A DNA stretch of 50,394 bases from an uncultured Candidatus Saccharibacteria bacterium (GTDB lineage: Bacteria; Patescibacteriota; Minisyncoccia; Phycocordibacterales; XYD1-FULL-46-19), in the NCBI GenBank assembly GCA_964510655.1, contig CAZEAY010000001.1, positions 344,330-394,723 of the forward strand. Direction: 5' to 3'. Position numbers and translations under genes: made by a program. Every line of letters starts with the position of its first letter. Positions within the stretch are counted from its first letter, which is position 1. Below are positions 7,977 through 14,943 of this stretch, in pieces. The notes under the pieces are model-generated. The model worked only from the letters and a program-made list of their open reading frames with translations, was not told the DNA's origin and did not search any database.

Positions 7977-8874
7977 ATTTGAGTATTATTTTTATCGCCT
8001 TAGTAATAATCGGTAAAATATCATCATAAATCTTTAAATCAGCAATTTCAGTTAAAGGAAACCATTTAGCGTCATTTAGTCCACCCTTTTTGACTAAACG
8101 GATGTCGTCAGGATTGGTCGCCTCCGCCACAAAATAAGTAACTTGCTTGCGAATCTTGCCCCGTTCCGGATCAGAGGCAATATACTCATTAAAACCGACT
8201 TCTTCTTTAGTTTTAATATCTAAGTTCATCTCCTCCTTAATTTCCCGAACTACCCCACCGGCATTATCTTCATCAACATTAATATGCCCCTTAGACAATG
8301 TCCAGTAACCAAAAACATCATGAACCATAGCTAAAGAAATTTGGCCTGAGACCTCAGCGTAGACAACTGCTCCGCCCAATTTATCAATCGGCATCTGTTC
8401 ATAGGGAATATCTTTAATCCGTTTTTTCTTAGCGGGAATATCTTCCTTACCAGGCTCACCCATTTCTTTATAAACGGCTCCCAGTACCCCATTCACAAAA
8501 CGCCCGCTATTTTCTCCGCCAAAAGTTTTTGCTAGTTCAATCGCCTCATTGATGGCCACTCGAGCTGGCACCTCTGTCTTATCACCAAACAACAACTCAA
8601 AAAGGCCCATCCGTAAGATGTTCCTATCAACATTAGCAATCTGACTGATTGGCCAATCAGGAGCGGCTTTTTCGATAATATTATCGAGCTTGTCTTTTTG
8701 TTTGACAACACCAGTCACCAGATTTTTAACAAAAGAAATATCTTCTAAACCAGGAGCATATTCGTCAACGTTTTGACGAATAATTTCATCCATATCCGGC
8801 ACGTCTAGGTCATTGAAGTCCCATTCAAAGAGGGATTGCATCGCCAGACTTCTAGACAAATGTCGATTAGCCAT
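7975..8874 (-). CDS. nusB: NusB antitermination factor fused to a C-terminal Nudix hydrolase domain
   Basis: N-terminal ~138 aa are NusB (RVAINEAIELAKTFGGENSGRFVNGVLG). The C-terminal ~135 aa carry the Nudix box GHINVDEDNAGGVVREIKEEMNL. Single uninterrupted ORF. Confidence 0.85.
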   Translation of the reverse strand: MANRHLSRSLAMQSLFEWDFNDLDVPDMDEIIRQNVDEYAPGLEDISFVKNLVTGVVKQKDKLDNIIEKAAPDWPISQIANVDRNILRMGLFELLFGDKTEVPARVAINEAIELAKTFGGENSGRFVNGVLGAVYKEMGEPGKEDIPAKKKRIKDIPYEQMPIDKLGGAVVYAEVSGQISLAMVHDVFGYWTLSKGHINVDEDNAGGVVREIKEEMNLDIKTKEEVGFNEYIASDPERGKIRKQVTYFVAEATNPDDIRLVKKGGLNDAKWFPLTEIADLKIYDDILPIITKAIKIILK

Positions 8875-8908
8875 ATTGTTTCTTTTATCAAATTACAAAC
8901 CAATTAAT

Positions 8909-9121
8909 CTATTTTGCTTTGGACTTTTTTTCCTTTTTCCCAACCTTAGCGAGCACATCAATCACTTCTTTATTTTTGTATGTACCACAATTCAGGCAGG
9001 TATGATGACGTAAATGTAATTCTCCACATTTAACGCATTTGGAAAGCCTTGGTCCTTTTAGAGCGTGATGGGATCGGCGATCGCCAGTCGTTGCTCTTGT
9101 ATGTCTCATTCGTACTACCAT
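8909..9121 (-). CDS. rpmF: 50S ribosomal protein L32
   Basis: Small basic protein with a CxxC...CxxC zinc ribbon ([20 protein letters not shown]) and an RRSHHAL-type N-terminus. Confidence 0.9.
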   Translation of the reverse strand: MVVRMRHTRATTGDRRSHHALKGPRLSKCVKCGELHLRHHTCLNCGTYKNKEVIDVLAKVGKKEKKSKAK

Positions 9122-9130
9122 AATGAAACT

Positions 9131-9158
9131 ATTATACTTAATAATTGGGAAAATGCAA
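9131..9158 (-). promoter_or_regulatory. rpmF promoter, leaderless geometry
   Basis: TTGCAT (9158-9153), 16 nt, TATAAT (9136-9131), then 9 nt to ATG 9121. No SD. Confidence 0.5.
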
Positions 9159-9169
9159 ATTGGAGGCCT

Positions 9170-9202
9170 AAAAAACGCCCGCGTTTACAAGGTAAACGCG
9201 GG
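9170..9202 (-). terminator. Intrinsic terminator closing the three-ORF GC-richer islet
   Basis: cccgcgttta caagg taaacgcggg stem (9178-9202), followed on the minus strand by a T6 run. Confidence 0.7.
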
Positions 9203-9206
9203 ACAA

Positions 9207-9428
9207 TCAACTACCTCGCCAAAAGTAAAACTCTAAGGCTTCTTGGGCAATTATGGTCTGCTCGGGCGAACAGTGACGAATAATGATCTTCAGAGAATCA
9301 ATAGCTAAAACCGGCCGAGACAACAGAATTGCCGCTAGTCTGTCTCGCTCTAACTGAGACAAATTAGCATCCTGCAAGCCTTCGACTAGTGACCGTTCAG
9401 ATAAGACAGATGGCTCCTGAGAAGACAT
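9207..9428 (-). CDS. Hypothetical small protein (73 aa), islet ORF 3
   Basis: Purine-rich AGGAAAGGGG precedes the ATG. Visibly GC-richer than the flanks. No family recognised. Confidence 0.5.
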   Translation of the reverse strand: MSSQEPSVLSERSLVEGLQDANLSQLERDRLAAILLSRPVLAIDSLKIIIRHCSPEQTIIAQEALEFYFWRGS

Positions 9429-9449
9429 GACCAGACACCCCTTTCCTGA

Positions 9450-9701
9450 TTAGGTAACCGTTAGCCCCTGACTCAACAAAAACAATGAGTCCCGTCCAAT
9501 TTCTACCTCCGCCATCATGGGGCAGCGAAACATCAAAGTATTATGATCAGTTGATTCCCCAAAACAACGCAGGTAGAGAAGTCGTCCGGACAGTCTAGCC
9601 AAAGGCGATGCTTCCCGACCAGAAATCATCAATTCTAAATCACGAGACGTAAGCAACAAGACACCCACATCGCCATCAACAGAAACAGGCTCAGGATTCA
9701 T
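9450..9701 (-). CDS. Hypothetical small protein (83 aa), islet ORF 2
   Basis: GGAGG sits 8 nt before ATG 9701 (MNPEPVSVDGDV...). The track start 9716 has no SD. No family recognised. Confidence 0.5.
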   Translation of the reverse strand: MNPEPVSVDGDVGVLLLTSRDLELMISGREASPLARLSGRLLYLRCFGESTDHNTLMFRCPMMAEVEIGRDSLFLLSQGLTVT

Positions 9702-9759
9702 GATGATTACCTCCACAAAGATTTAGCCTAAGTCTATCTATATCATATACTTTAGAGCA

Positions 9760-9795
9760 TAAAATAAAAGCCGTCCCTAGATACCTAGGAACGGC
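9760..9795 (-). terminator. Intrinsic terminator/attenuator after islet ORF 1
   Basis: gccgttcctag gtat ctagggacggc hairpin (minus-strand reading, 9795-9770), followed by TTTTATTTT. Starts 10 nt after the ORF 1 stop. Confidence 0.6.
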
Positions 9796-9805
9796 AAAAC
9801 ACTCT

Positions 9806-10153
9806 TCAAACCACAGGCGAGGCAAAGGCCAGAAGCATCTTCTGGAGACGTTGCTCACTTTCCCCATACTCAGCGGGGCAGTACTCAATCGCAAGTTCAA
9901 TCAAAGCGAGTGGCGGAGCCACCAGACGGTGGACCTGAGAGCACAACTCACCGAGAACCTGACTATTGGGAATTCCAGAAGTCAGATAAGCCTCGATTTG
10001 GTCGGGCCCCAAACGGGAAATGTGATGACGCAGGTCGTCCATCTGCATTTCCGTCAAAGGAGCCTGATGATCCTCCGTCCAAACAGCAGAAATTGCACCG
10101 ATGATTGCCCCAGTCTCGGGGTCAATATCAAGCCAATGAGTAAGATTCGACAT
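9806..10153 (-). CDS. Hypothetical acidic protein (115 aa), islet ORF 1
   Basis: GGAGG sits 9 nt before ATG 10153. Consensus promoter upstream and terminator downstream. No family recognised. Confidence 0.55.
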   Translation of the reverse strand: MSNLTHWLDIDPETGAIIGAISAVWTEDHQAPLTEMQMDDLRHHISRLGPDQIEAYLTSGIPNSQVLGELCSQVHRLVAPPLALIELAIEYCPAEYGESEQRLQKMLLAFASPVV

Positions 10154-10204
10154 AGAGAAACGCCTCCTGGAATTTATTGATATAGGAAAAACTATTCCTA
10201 TATT

Positions 10205-10233
10205 ATTATGTGTTAAAAATATACAAATGTCAA
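10205..10233 (-). promoter_or_regulatory. Consensus promoter of the islet, overlapping the rnhB stop codon
   Basis: TTGACA (10233-10228), 17 nt, CATAAT (10210-10205). Followed by the inverted repeat ATAGGAA-N6-TTCCTAT (10201-10182), which overlaps the predicted transcription start and could be an operator. Confidence 0.6.
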
Positions 10234-10835
10234 ACTATCTTAGTCAGAAAACTTTTCCGATGAAGAGGACATGGACCATATTTTTTTAGATCAGCCAAAT
10301 GCTTGGCGGTGCCATAACCTTTATTGTTTTTTAAATCATAATAAGGAATGGTTTTGGCTAAGTTTACCATCACCCCATCACGAGAGACCTTCGCCACAAT
10401 TGAAGCTAGAGAAATAATTAATTCCTTTTCATCTCCTTTAATAATTGATTGCTGATTAACAAATTCCACCGGCGCTTTTAATCCCCCATCAAGTAAAACC
10501 GTGGTTTCAGAACAACTACTACCAAGGTTAGACAAGCCCTTACCAATCGCCCGTCTAATCGCCCCGGCAATATTCCATTTATCAATAATTTCATTACTCT
10601 CATAAAAAACACCAAAATTCAATATTTGTTCTTTTTTTAACTCTTTTATTTTTTCAAAATATTCCAATCTCTTTTTAGGTGTTAATTTTTTGGAATCTTT
10701 CCCAGATTGAAAAATCTCCTGGTTAAGCAAAGACTGATACTTATCAAATTCCATCACTACTATCCCAACCGCCACCGGACCCGCTAAAGGTCCTCGCCCC
10801 ACTTCATCAATACCGATTATATATTTTGTGGTCAT
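10230..10835 (-). CDS. rnhB: Ribonuclease HII
   Basis: IIGIDEVGRGPLAGPVAV motif, plus DSKKL and ASIVAKVSRD blocks. ATG 10835 (MTTKY...) is preferred because the track N-terminal extension runs through a TATAAT box. Confidence 0.9.
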   Translation of the reverse strand: MTTKYIIGIDEVGRGPLAGPVAVGIVVMEFDKYQSLLNQEIFQSGKDSKKLTPKKRLEYFEKIKELKKEQILNFGVFYESNEIIDKWNIAGAIRRAIGKGLSNLGSSCSETTVLLDGGLKAPVEFVNQQSIIKGDEKELIISLASIVAKVSRDGVMVNLAKTIPYYDLKNNKGYGTAKHLADLKKYGPCPLHRKSFLTKIV

Positions 10836-10844
10836 GATAATTAG

Positions 10845-10873
10845 ATTATATTCAGGTATAAGTTTTTCCACAA
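10845..10873 (-). promoter_or_regulatory. rnhB promoter, leaderless geometry
   Basis: TTGTGG (10873-10868), 17 nt, TATAAT (10850-10845), then 9 nt to ATG 10835. Confidence 0.5.
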
Positions 10874-10941
10874 ATAATCTATATATCTAAAAACAACACA
10901 AGAAAGTCTAAAATGCCAAGTGGGTTAAAGATAAAATAGTT

Positions 10942-10950
10942 TGATATAAT
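10942..10950 (+). promoter_or_regulatory. dnaE extended -10 promoter, leaderless geometry
   Basis: TGaTATAAT, then 7 nt (ataagcc) to ATG 10958. No SD. Confidence 0.45.
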
Positions 10951-10957
10951 ATAAGCC

Positions 10958-13900
10958 ATGAGTTTCGTTCACCTCCACACCCACAGCCACTACTCGCTAT
11001 TAGATGGCCTCTCTAAAGTTAAAGACCTAATTAAAAAGGCTAAAGAATATAATATGTCTGCCATTGGTCTAACTGATCACGGCAGTATGTATGGCGCCGT
11101 AGAATTTTATAAAAAATGCACCGAGGCGGGAATAAAACCAATTATTGGAGTCGAAGCCTACATGGCCACCCGCACTCGTTTTGACAAAGAACCTCGAGTG
11201 GACTCAAAGCGCTACCACCTAACTCTTCTGGCTAAAAATAATACTGGTTACAAAAATCTCTTAAAAATGGTAACCAAAGCCAACCTCGAAGGCTACTATT
11301 ACAAACCACGGATGGACTGGGACCTATTAACCGAAAATCACGAGGGTGTGATCTGTTTATCTGGTTGTATGGGTGGCGAATTATCACGTTTGCTGTGGGC
11401 CAAAAAATATGACGAAGCGAGAGAATTGGCCACAAAATATAATAATTTATTTGGAGCCGGCAATTATTATATTGAAATAATGCACCACCCCAAGCTAGAA
11501 CGGCAGACCGAGATAAGAGAAGAGTTAATAAAATTAGCTCGTGAATTAAACCTACCCTTAGTAGCCACTTATGATTCTCACTATATAAACAAAGACGATA
11601 GTCGAGCCCATCAAACTCTGATTGCGATTCAATCGCAAACTGATGTCGAAGATGCCGGCCGATTAGCTAATTCAGTAGAAGATTTTTCTTTCATCAGCCA
11701 AGAGCAAGCCAACGAATATTATGCCGACACTCCCGACGCCCTAGAAAATACTCTAAAAATTGCTGAGATGTGCACCGTTGAATTGGAACTAGGCAAGTGG
11801 ACTTTTCCTGATTTTCCTCATGAGGGAGAAAAAAGTTACGAACAAATGCTTCGAGACAAAGTGGCGGTCGGATTGGCCGAATACATAACCCAAAATCCAG
11901 AAAGAAAAGACGAGGCAATAAAAAGAGCTGATTACGAACTCGAGGTTATTGTCAAAAAGGGTTACGATGTTTACTACTTGGTAGTAGGTGACTTAATCGG
12001 CTTTGCTAAAAATCAAGGTATTTTTACCAACACCAGAGGATCAGCGGCCGGTTCTTTGGTTTCTTTTTTAATTAATATCACCGATGTCGATCCCCTTTAC
12101 TACAAACTCCCTTTTGAGCGTTTTTTAAATCCCGAGCGTCCTTCTCCGCCAGATATTGATATGGACTTTGCTGATAAAAGACGCGACGAGGTACTTGATT
12201 ATGCCCGCAAAAAATATGGTCTTGATCACGTTGCTCAAATTGGAACTTTTGGTTCGATGATGGCTCGCGGAGCCGTGCGTGATGTTGCTCGAGCGCTTGG
12301 TCACCCCTACTCAGTTGGTGATCAAATTTCCAAACTCATTCCTATGGGCTCACAGGGTTTTCCAATGACCATTGATAAAGCCATGGAACAGGAGCCAGAG
12401 TTGGCCGCCATGTACAAAAAAGACGAGACTGTAAAAGAGATAATAGATTTGGCAAAAAAAATTGAAGGTTGCGCGAGACACATTTCTGTCCATGCGGCCG
12501 GAACAGTGATTTCCCCAACCCCCTTAACTGATTTTACTCCTGTTCAGTACGACCCTAAAGGTGGGAAGATAATCACTCAATATGAAATGCATGCCGTAGA
12601 AGATGTCGGGCTACTAAAATACGACTTCTTAGGAATTCGCAACTTGTCGATCCTGGAAGATGCGGTAAAAATTGTCAGAAAAACGACGGGACAAATTATT
12701 GATATTCAAAAAATTCCGCTTGATGACGCCACTACTTTTACTATGCTCGCTAAAGGAATCACTATTGGTTTGTTTCAGCTCAACGGCTCAGGAATGACCA
12801 AATGGCTAAAAGAATTGAAACCCACAACCATCTTTGATATCAACGCGATGGTCGCCCTTTATCGCCCCGGGCCAATGGAATCAATTCCGGATTACATTAA
12901 ACGTAAATATGATCACTCTTTGATTAAATATCTTGATCCCAGAATGAAAGATATTTTAGACCAGTCCTATGGTGTAATCACCTACCAAGATGACGTTATG
13001 ATGATTGCCATCAAATTGGCCGGCTATTCCTGGTTAGAGGCTGATAAACTCCGCAAAGCGATGGGTAAAAAAATTCCCGCTGAAATGGAAGCCCAGAAAG
13101 GCAAACTCTTAGAGGGTTTTGTAAAAAATGGATTAACAGAAAAAAAGGCCAAAGACTTGTGGTTATTAATTGAACCCTTTGCTGCTTACGGATTCAACAA
13201 GGCCCACGCCGCTTCTTATGGTCGAGTAGCCTATCAAACAGCCTATATGAAAGCTAATTACCCAGCTGAGTATATGACTGCGGTTTTGTCGGCAGAATCG
13301 GGTGATGTGGAAACAATTGCTGAAGTAATTGGTGAATGTAAAAAAATGGAAATTCCCGTCTTACCGCCAGATGTCAACGAAAGTTTTGGCGATTTTGCCT
13401 GTATTAAAGCCGGTACTGGTGATGTTTCTAATCTCACTCCCGCCGCGGCGGAAATGGCTCTTCGTTTGAAACGTGATCATGATACTATCCGCTTTGGATT
13501 ATTTACGATAAAAAACTTGGGTACAGAAATTTCGGAAGCGATTGTTGACGAGCGTAAAGCCAAAGGACCATACAAATCATTTACCGATTTTCTGGAACGA
13601 GTGAAGCATAAAAATATGAACAAGAAATCTCTAGAATCACTAATTAAAGCGGGAGCGTTAGATAGTCTTGGTGAAGAACGAGGCACAATGCTTGCCAATA
13701 TGGAAGAAGCTTTGGCTTATAACAAAGAAGGTCGCGATGCCAACAAAGATCAGATTTCAATCTTTGGACTTCTAGAAGACAAATCAACTATTCCAAAATT
13801 GTCTCTCAAAAAAACCGATCCAATTACCGACAAAGAAAAACTCGGTTGGGAAAAAGAATTACTTGGTTTGTATGTCTCCGGTCACCCCTTGGAAGCGTAC

Positions 13901-14203
13901 AAAGATAAATTTGCCAAGGCCGAAATGGATATCAAAAAAGTTAAACAGCTCAAGGATGGTGGCTTAGCCGTCTTTGGCGGAATTATCGAAGAGGTCCGAG
14001 AAATTCTAACCAAAAAAGGAGATAAAATGGCTTTTGTAAAAGTTTCCGATTTTGGCGATGTCCTAGAAACAGTTTTCTTTCCCAAAACTTTTGCCAAATT
14101 CCGCTCCCTGATCGTCCCCGATCAGTGTGTGGCGATTAAAGGCAATCTCTCAATGCGCAACGGTGAACCAAGTGTACTAGTAGAAGCAGTGAAAGAACTC
14201 TAG
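10958..14203 (+). CDS. dnaE: DNA polymerase III alpha subunit
   Basis: PHP domain start MSFVHLHTHSHYSLLDG, polymerase core (GSAAGSLVSFLINITDVDP, PDIDMDF, FNKAHAASY) and an OB fold at the C-terminus. Confidence 0.95.
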   Translation: MSFVHLHTHSHYSLLDGLSKVKDLIKKAKEYNMSAIGLTDHGSMYGAVEFYKKCTEAGIKPIIGVEAYMATRTRFDKEPRVDSKRYHLTLLAKNNTGYKNLLKMVTKANLEGYYYKPRMDWDLLTENHEGVICLSGCMGGELSRLLWAKKYDEARELATKYNNLFGAGNYYIEIMHHPKLERQTEIREELIKLARELNLPLVATYDSHYINKDDSRAHQTLIAIQSQTDVEDAGRLANSVEDFSFISQEQANEYYADTPDALENTLKIAEMCTVELELGKWTFPDFPHEGEKSYEQMLRDKVAVGLAEYITQNPERKDEAIKRADYELEVIVKKGYDVYYLVVGDLIGFAKNQGIFTNTRGSAAGSLVSFLINITDVDPLYYKLPFERFLNPERPSPPDIDMDFADKRRDEVLDYARKKYGLDHVAQIGTFGSMMARGAVRDVARALGHPYSVGDQISKLIPMGSQGFPMTIDKAMEQEPELAAMYKKDETVKEIIDLAKKIEGCARHISVHAAGTVISPTPLTDFTPVQYDPKGGKIITQYEMHAVEDVGLLKYDFLGIRNLSILEDAVKIVRKTTGQIIDIQKIPLDDATTFTMLAKGITIGLFQLNGSGMTKWLKELKPTTIFDINAMVALYRPGPMESIPDYIKRKYDHSLIKYLDPRMKDILDQSYGVITYQDDVMMIAIKLAGYSWLEADKLRKAMGKKIPAEMEAQKGKLLEGFVKNGLTEKKAKDLWLLIEPFAAYGFNKAHAASYGRVAYQTAYMKANYPAEYMTAVLSAESGDVETIAEVIGECKKMEIPVLPPDVNESFGDFACIKAGTGDVSNLTPAAAEMALRLKRDHDTIRFGLFTIKNLGTEISEAIVDERKAKGPYKSFTDFLERVKHKNMNKKSLESLIKAGALDSLGEERGTMLANMEEALAYNKEGRDANKDQISIFGLLEDKSTIPKLSLKKTDPITDKEKLGWEKELLGLYVSGHPLEAYKDKFAKAEMDIKKVKQLKDGGLAVFGGIIEEVREILTKKGDKMAFVKVSDFGDVLETVFFPKTFAKFRSLIVPDQCVAIKGNLSMRNGEPSVLVEAVKEL

Positions 14204-14664
14204 TTTTGAACTACACACTTAGGAGGAAGCTGACAGCCGTCGGCATCTATACCACCAGATTCAATTTTTCCATTTAGACAAAAATCTGGGCTAGCCGGTG
14301 ACAGCTGTGGACAATTTTTTTCTGCCACATTTGGACATAAGGCAAATTCACAATTTGGACCAGAGCGCCCAACATATGAACCATCCGGGCATTGTTTGGC
14401 TTCCATTGTGCAAGCAACAGAATCAGGAATTACGCCGGAAGTATTAGGACAAGCTTCAAAATCACAGTTCGGACCAACGCGACTAACATACGAACCATCT
14501 GGGCATTGCATAGCCTCTTCCATACAAGCAACTACTGGAGCAGTCGAACTCCCCATCTCAGCAAAAGGATTATATTTACCCAGATTGCCAATCTCCAAAT
14601 AAACAATAAAGCCTAAACAAACCAAAGCCAAAATAACCAAGGCTACAAAATATTTTTTATTCAT
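14200..14664 (-). CDS. Hypothetical Cys-rich secreted/anchored protein with a tandem CPDGSYV...GPNC...CPN repeat
   Basis: N-terminal hydrophobic anchor. Two copies of C-x-E-x2-QCPDGSYVxRxGPNCxFxxCPN. Its stop overlaps the dnaE stop within CTAG (14200-14203). Confidence 0.65.
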   Translation of the reverse strand: MNKKYFVALVILALVCLGFIVYLEIGNLGKYNPFAEMGSSTAPVVACMEEAMQCPDGSYVSRVGPNCDFEACPNTSGVIPDSVACTMEAKQCPDGSYVGRSGPNCEFALCPNVAEKNCPQLSPASPDFCLNGKIESGGIDADGCQLPPKCVVQN

Positions 14665-14707
14665 AATTTTATTTGATTAACCCCTAAAATTGTAACAAAA
14701 AAGTCTC

Positions 14708-14736
14708 TTGACAGCTAGTTATAATCACCATATTAT
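14708..14736 (+). promoter_or_regulatory. Promoter of the thrS T-box leader
   Basis: TTGACA (14708-14713), 17 nt, TATTAT (14731-14736). Confidence 0.6.
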
Positions 14737-14744
14737 GTAAAGAC

Positions 14745-14910
14745 AGAGATTGTTATGGTCACCAACCATAATCCATTAGGATCTAAGTTTTTAGACTAAT
14801 CTGCCACATTAAAGTGCCCCTTCGTCGAGCGAGAGGGGAAATCAGGTGGAACCGCGGTTAAAAACCGTCCTGAACGAACAAAATATTTTTGTTCTGTCAG
14901 GACGGTTTTT
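14745..14910 (+). promoter_or_regulatory. T-box riboswitch leader (Thr) controlling thrS
   Basis: T-box sequence AAATCAGGTGGAACCGCGG (14838-14857). Antiterminator TCAGG[TGGAAC]CGCGG...CCGTCCTGA alternates with a long terminator hairpin (14860-14910) plus T5. Candidate specifier ACC at 14761-14763. Confidence 0.75.
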
Positions 14911-14943
14911 CAATTAAAAATTTATAATTAAAAATTAAAAGTT

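Noticed and set aside
9851-10180. Plus-strand ORFs (109 aa and 64 aa) across the G+C-richer islet
   Set aside because: All promoter, SD and terminator signals are on the minus strand. Open frames on both strands are expected when G+C rises.
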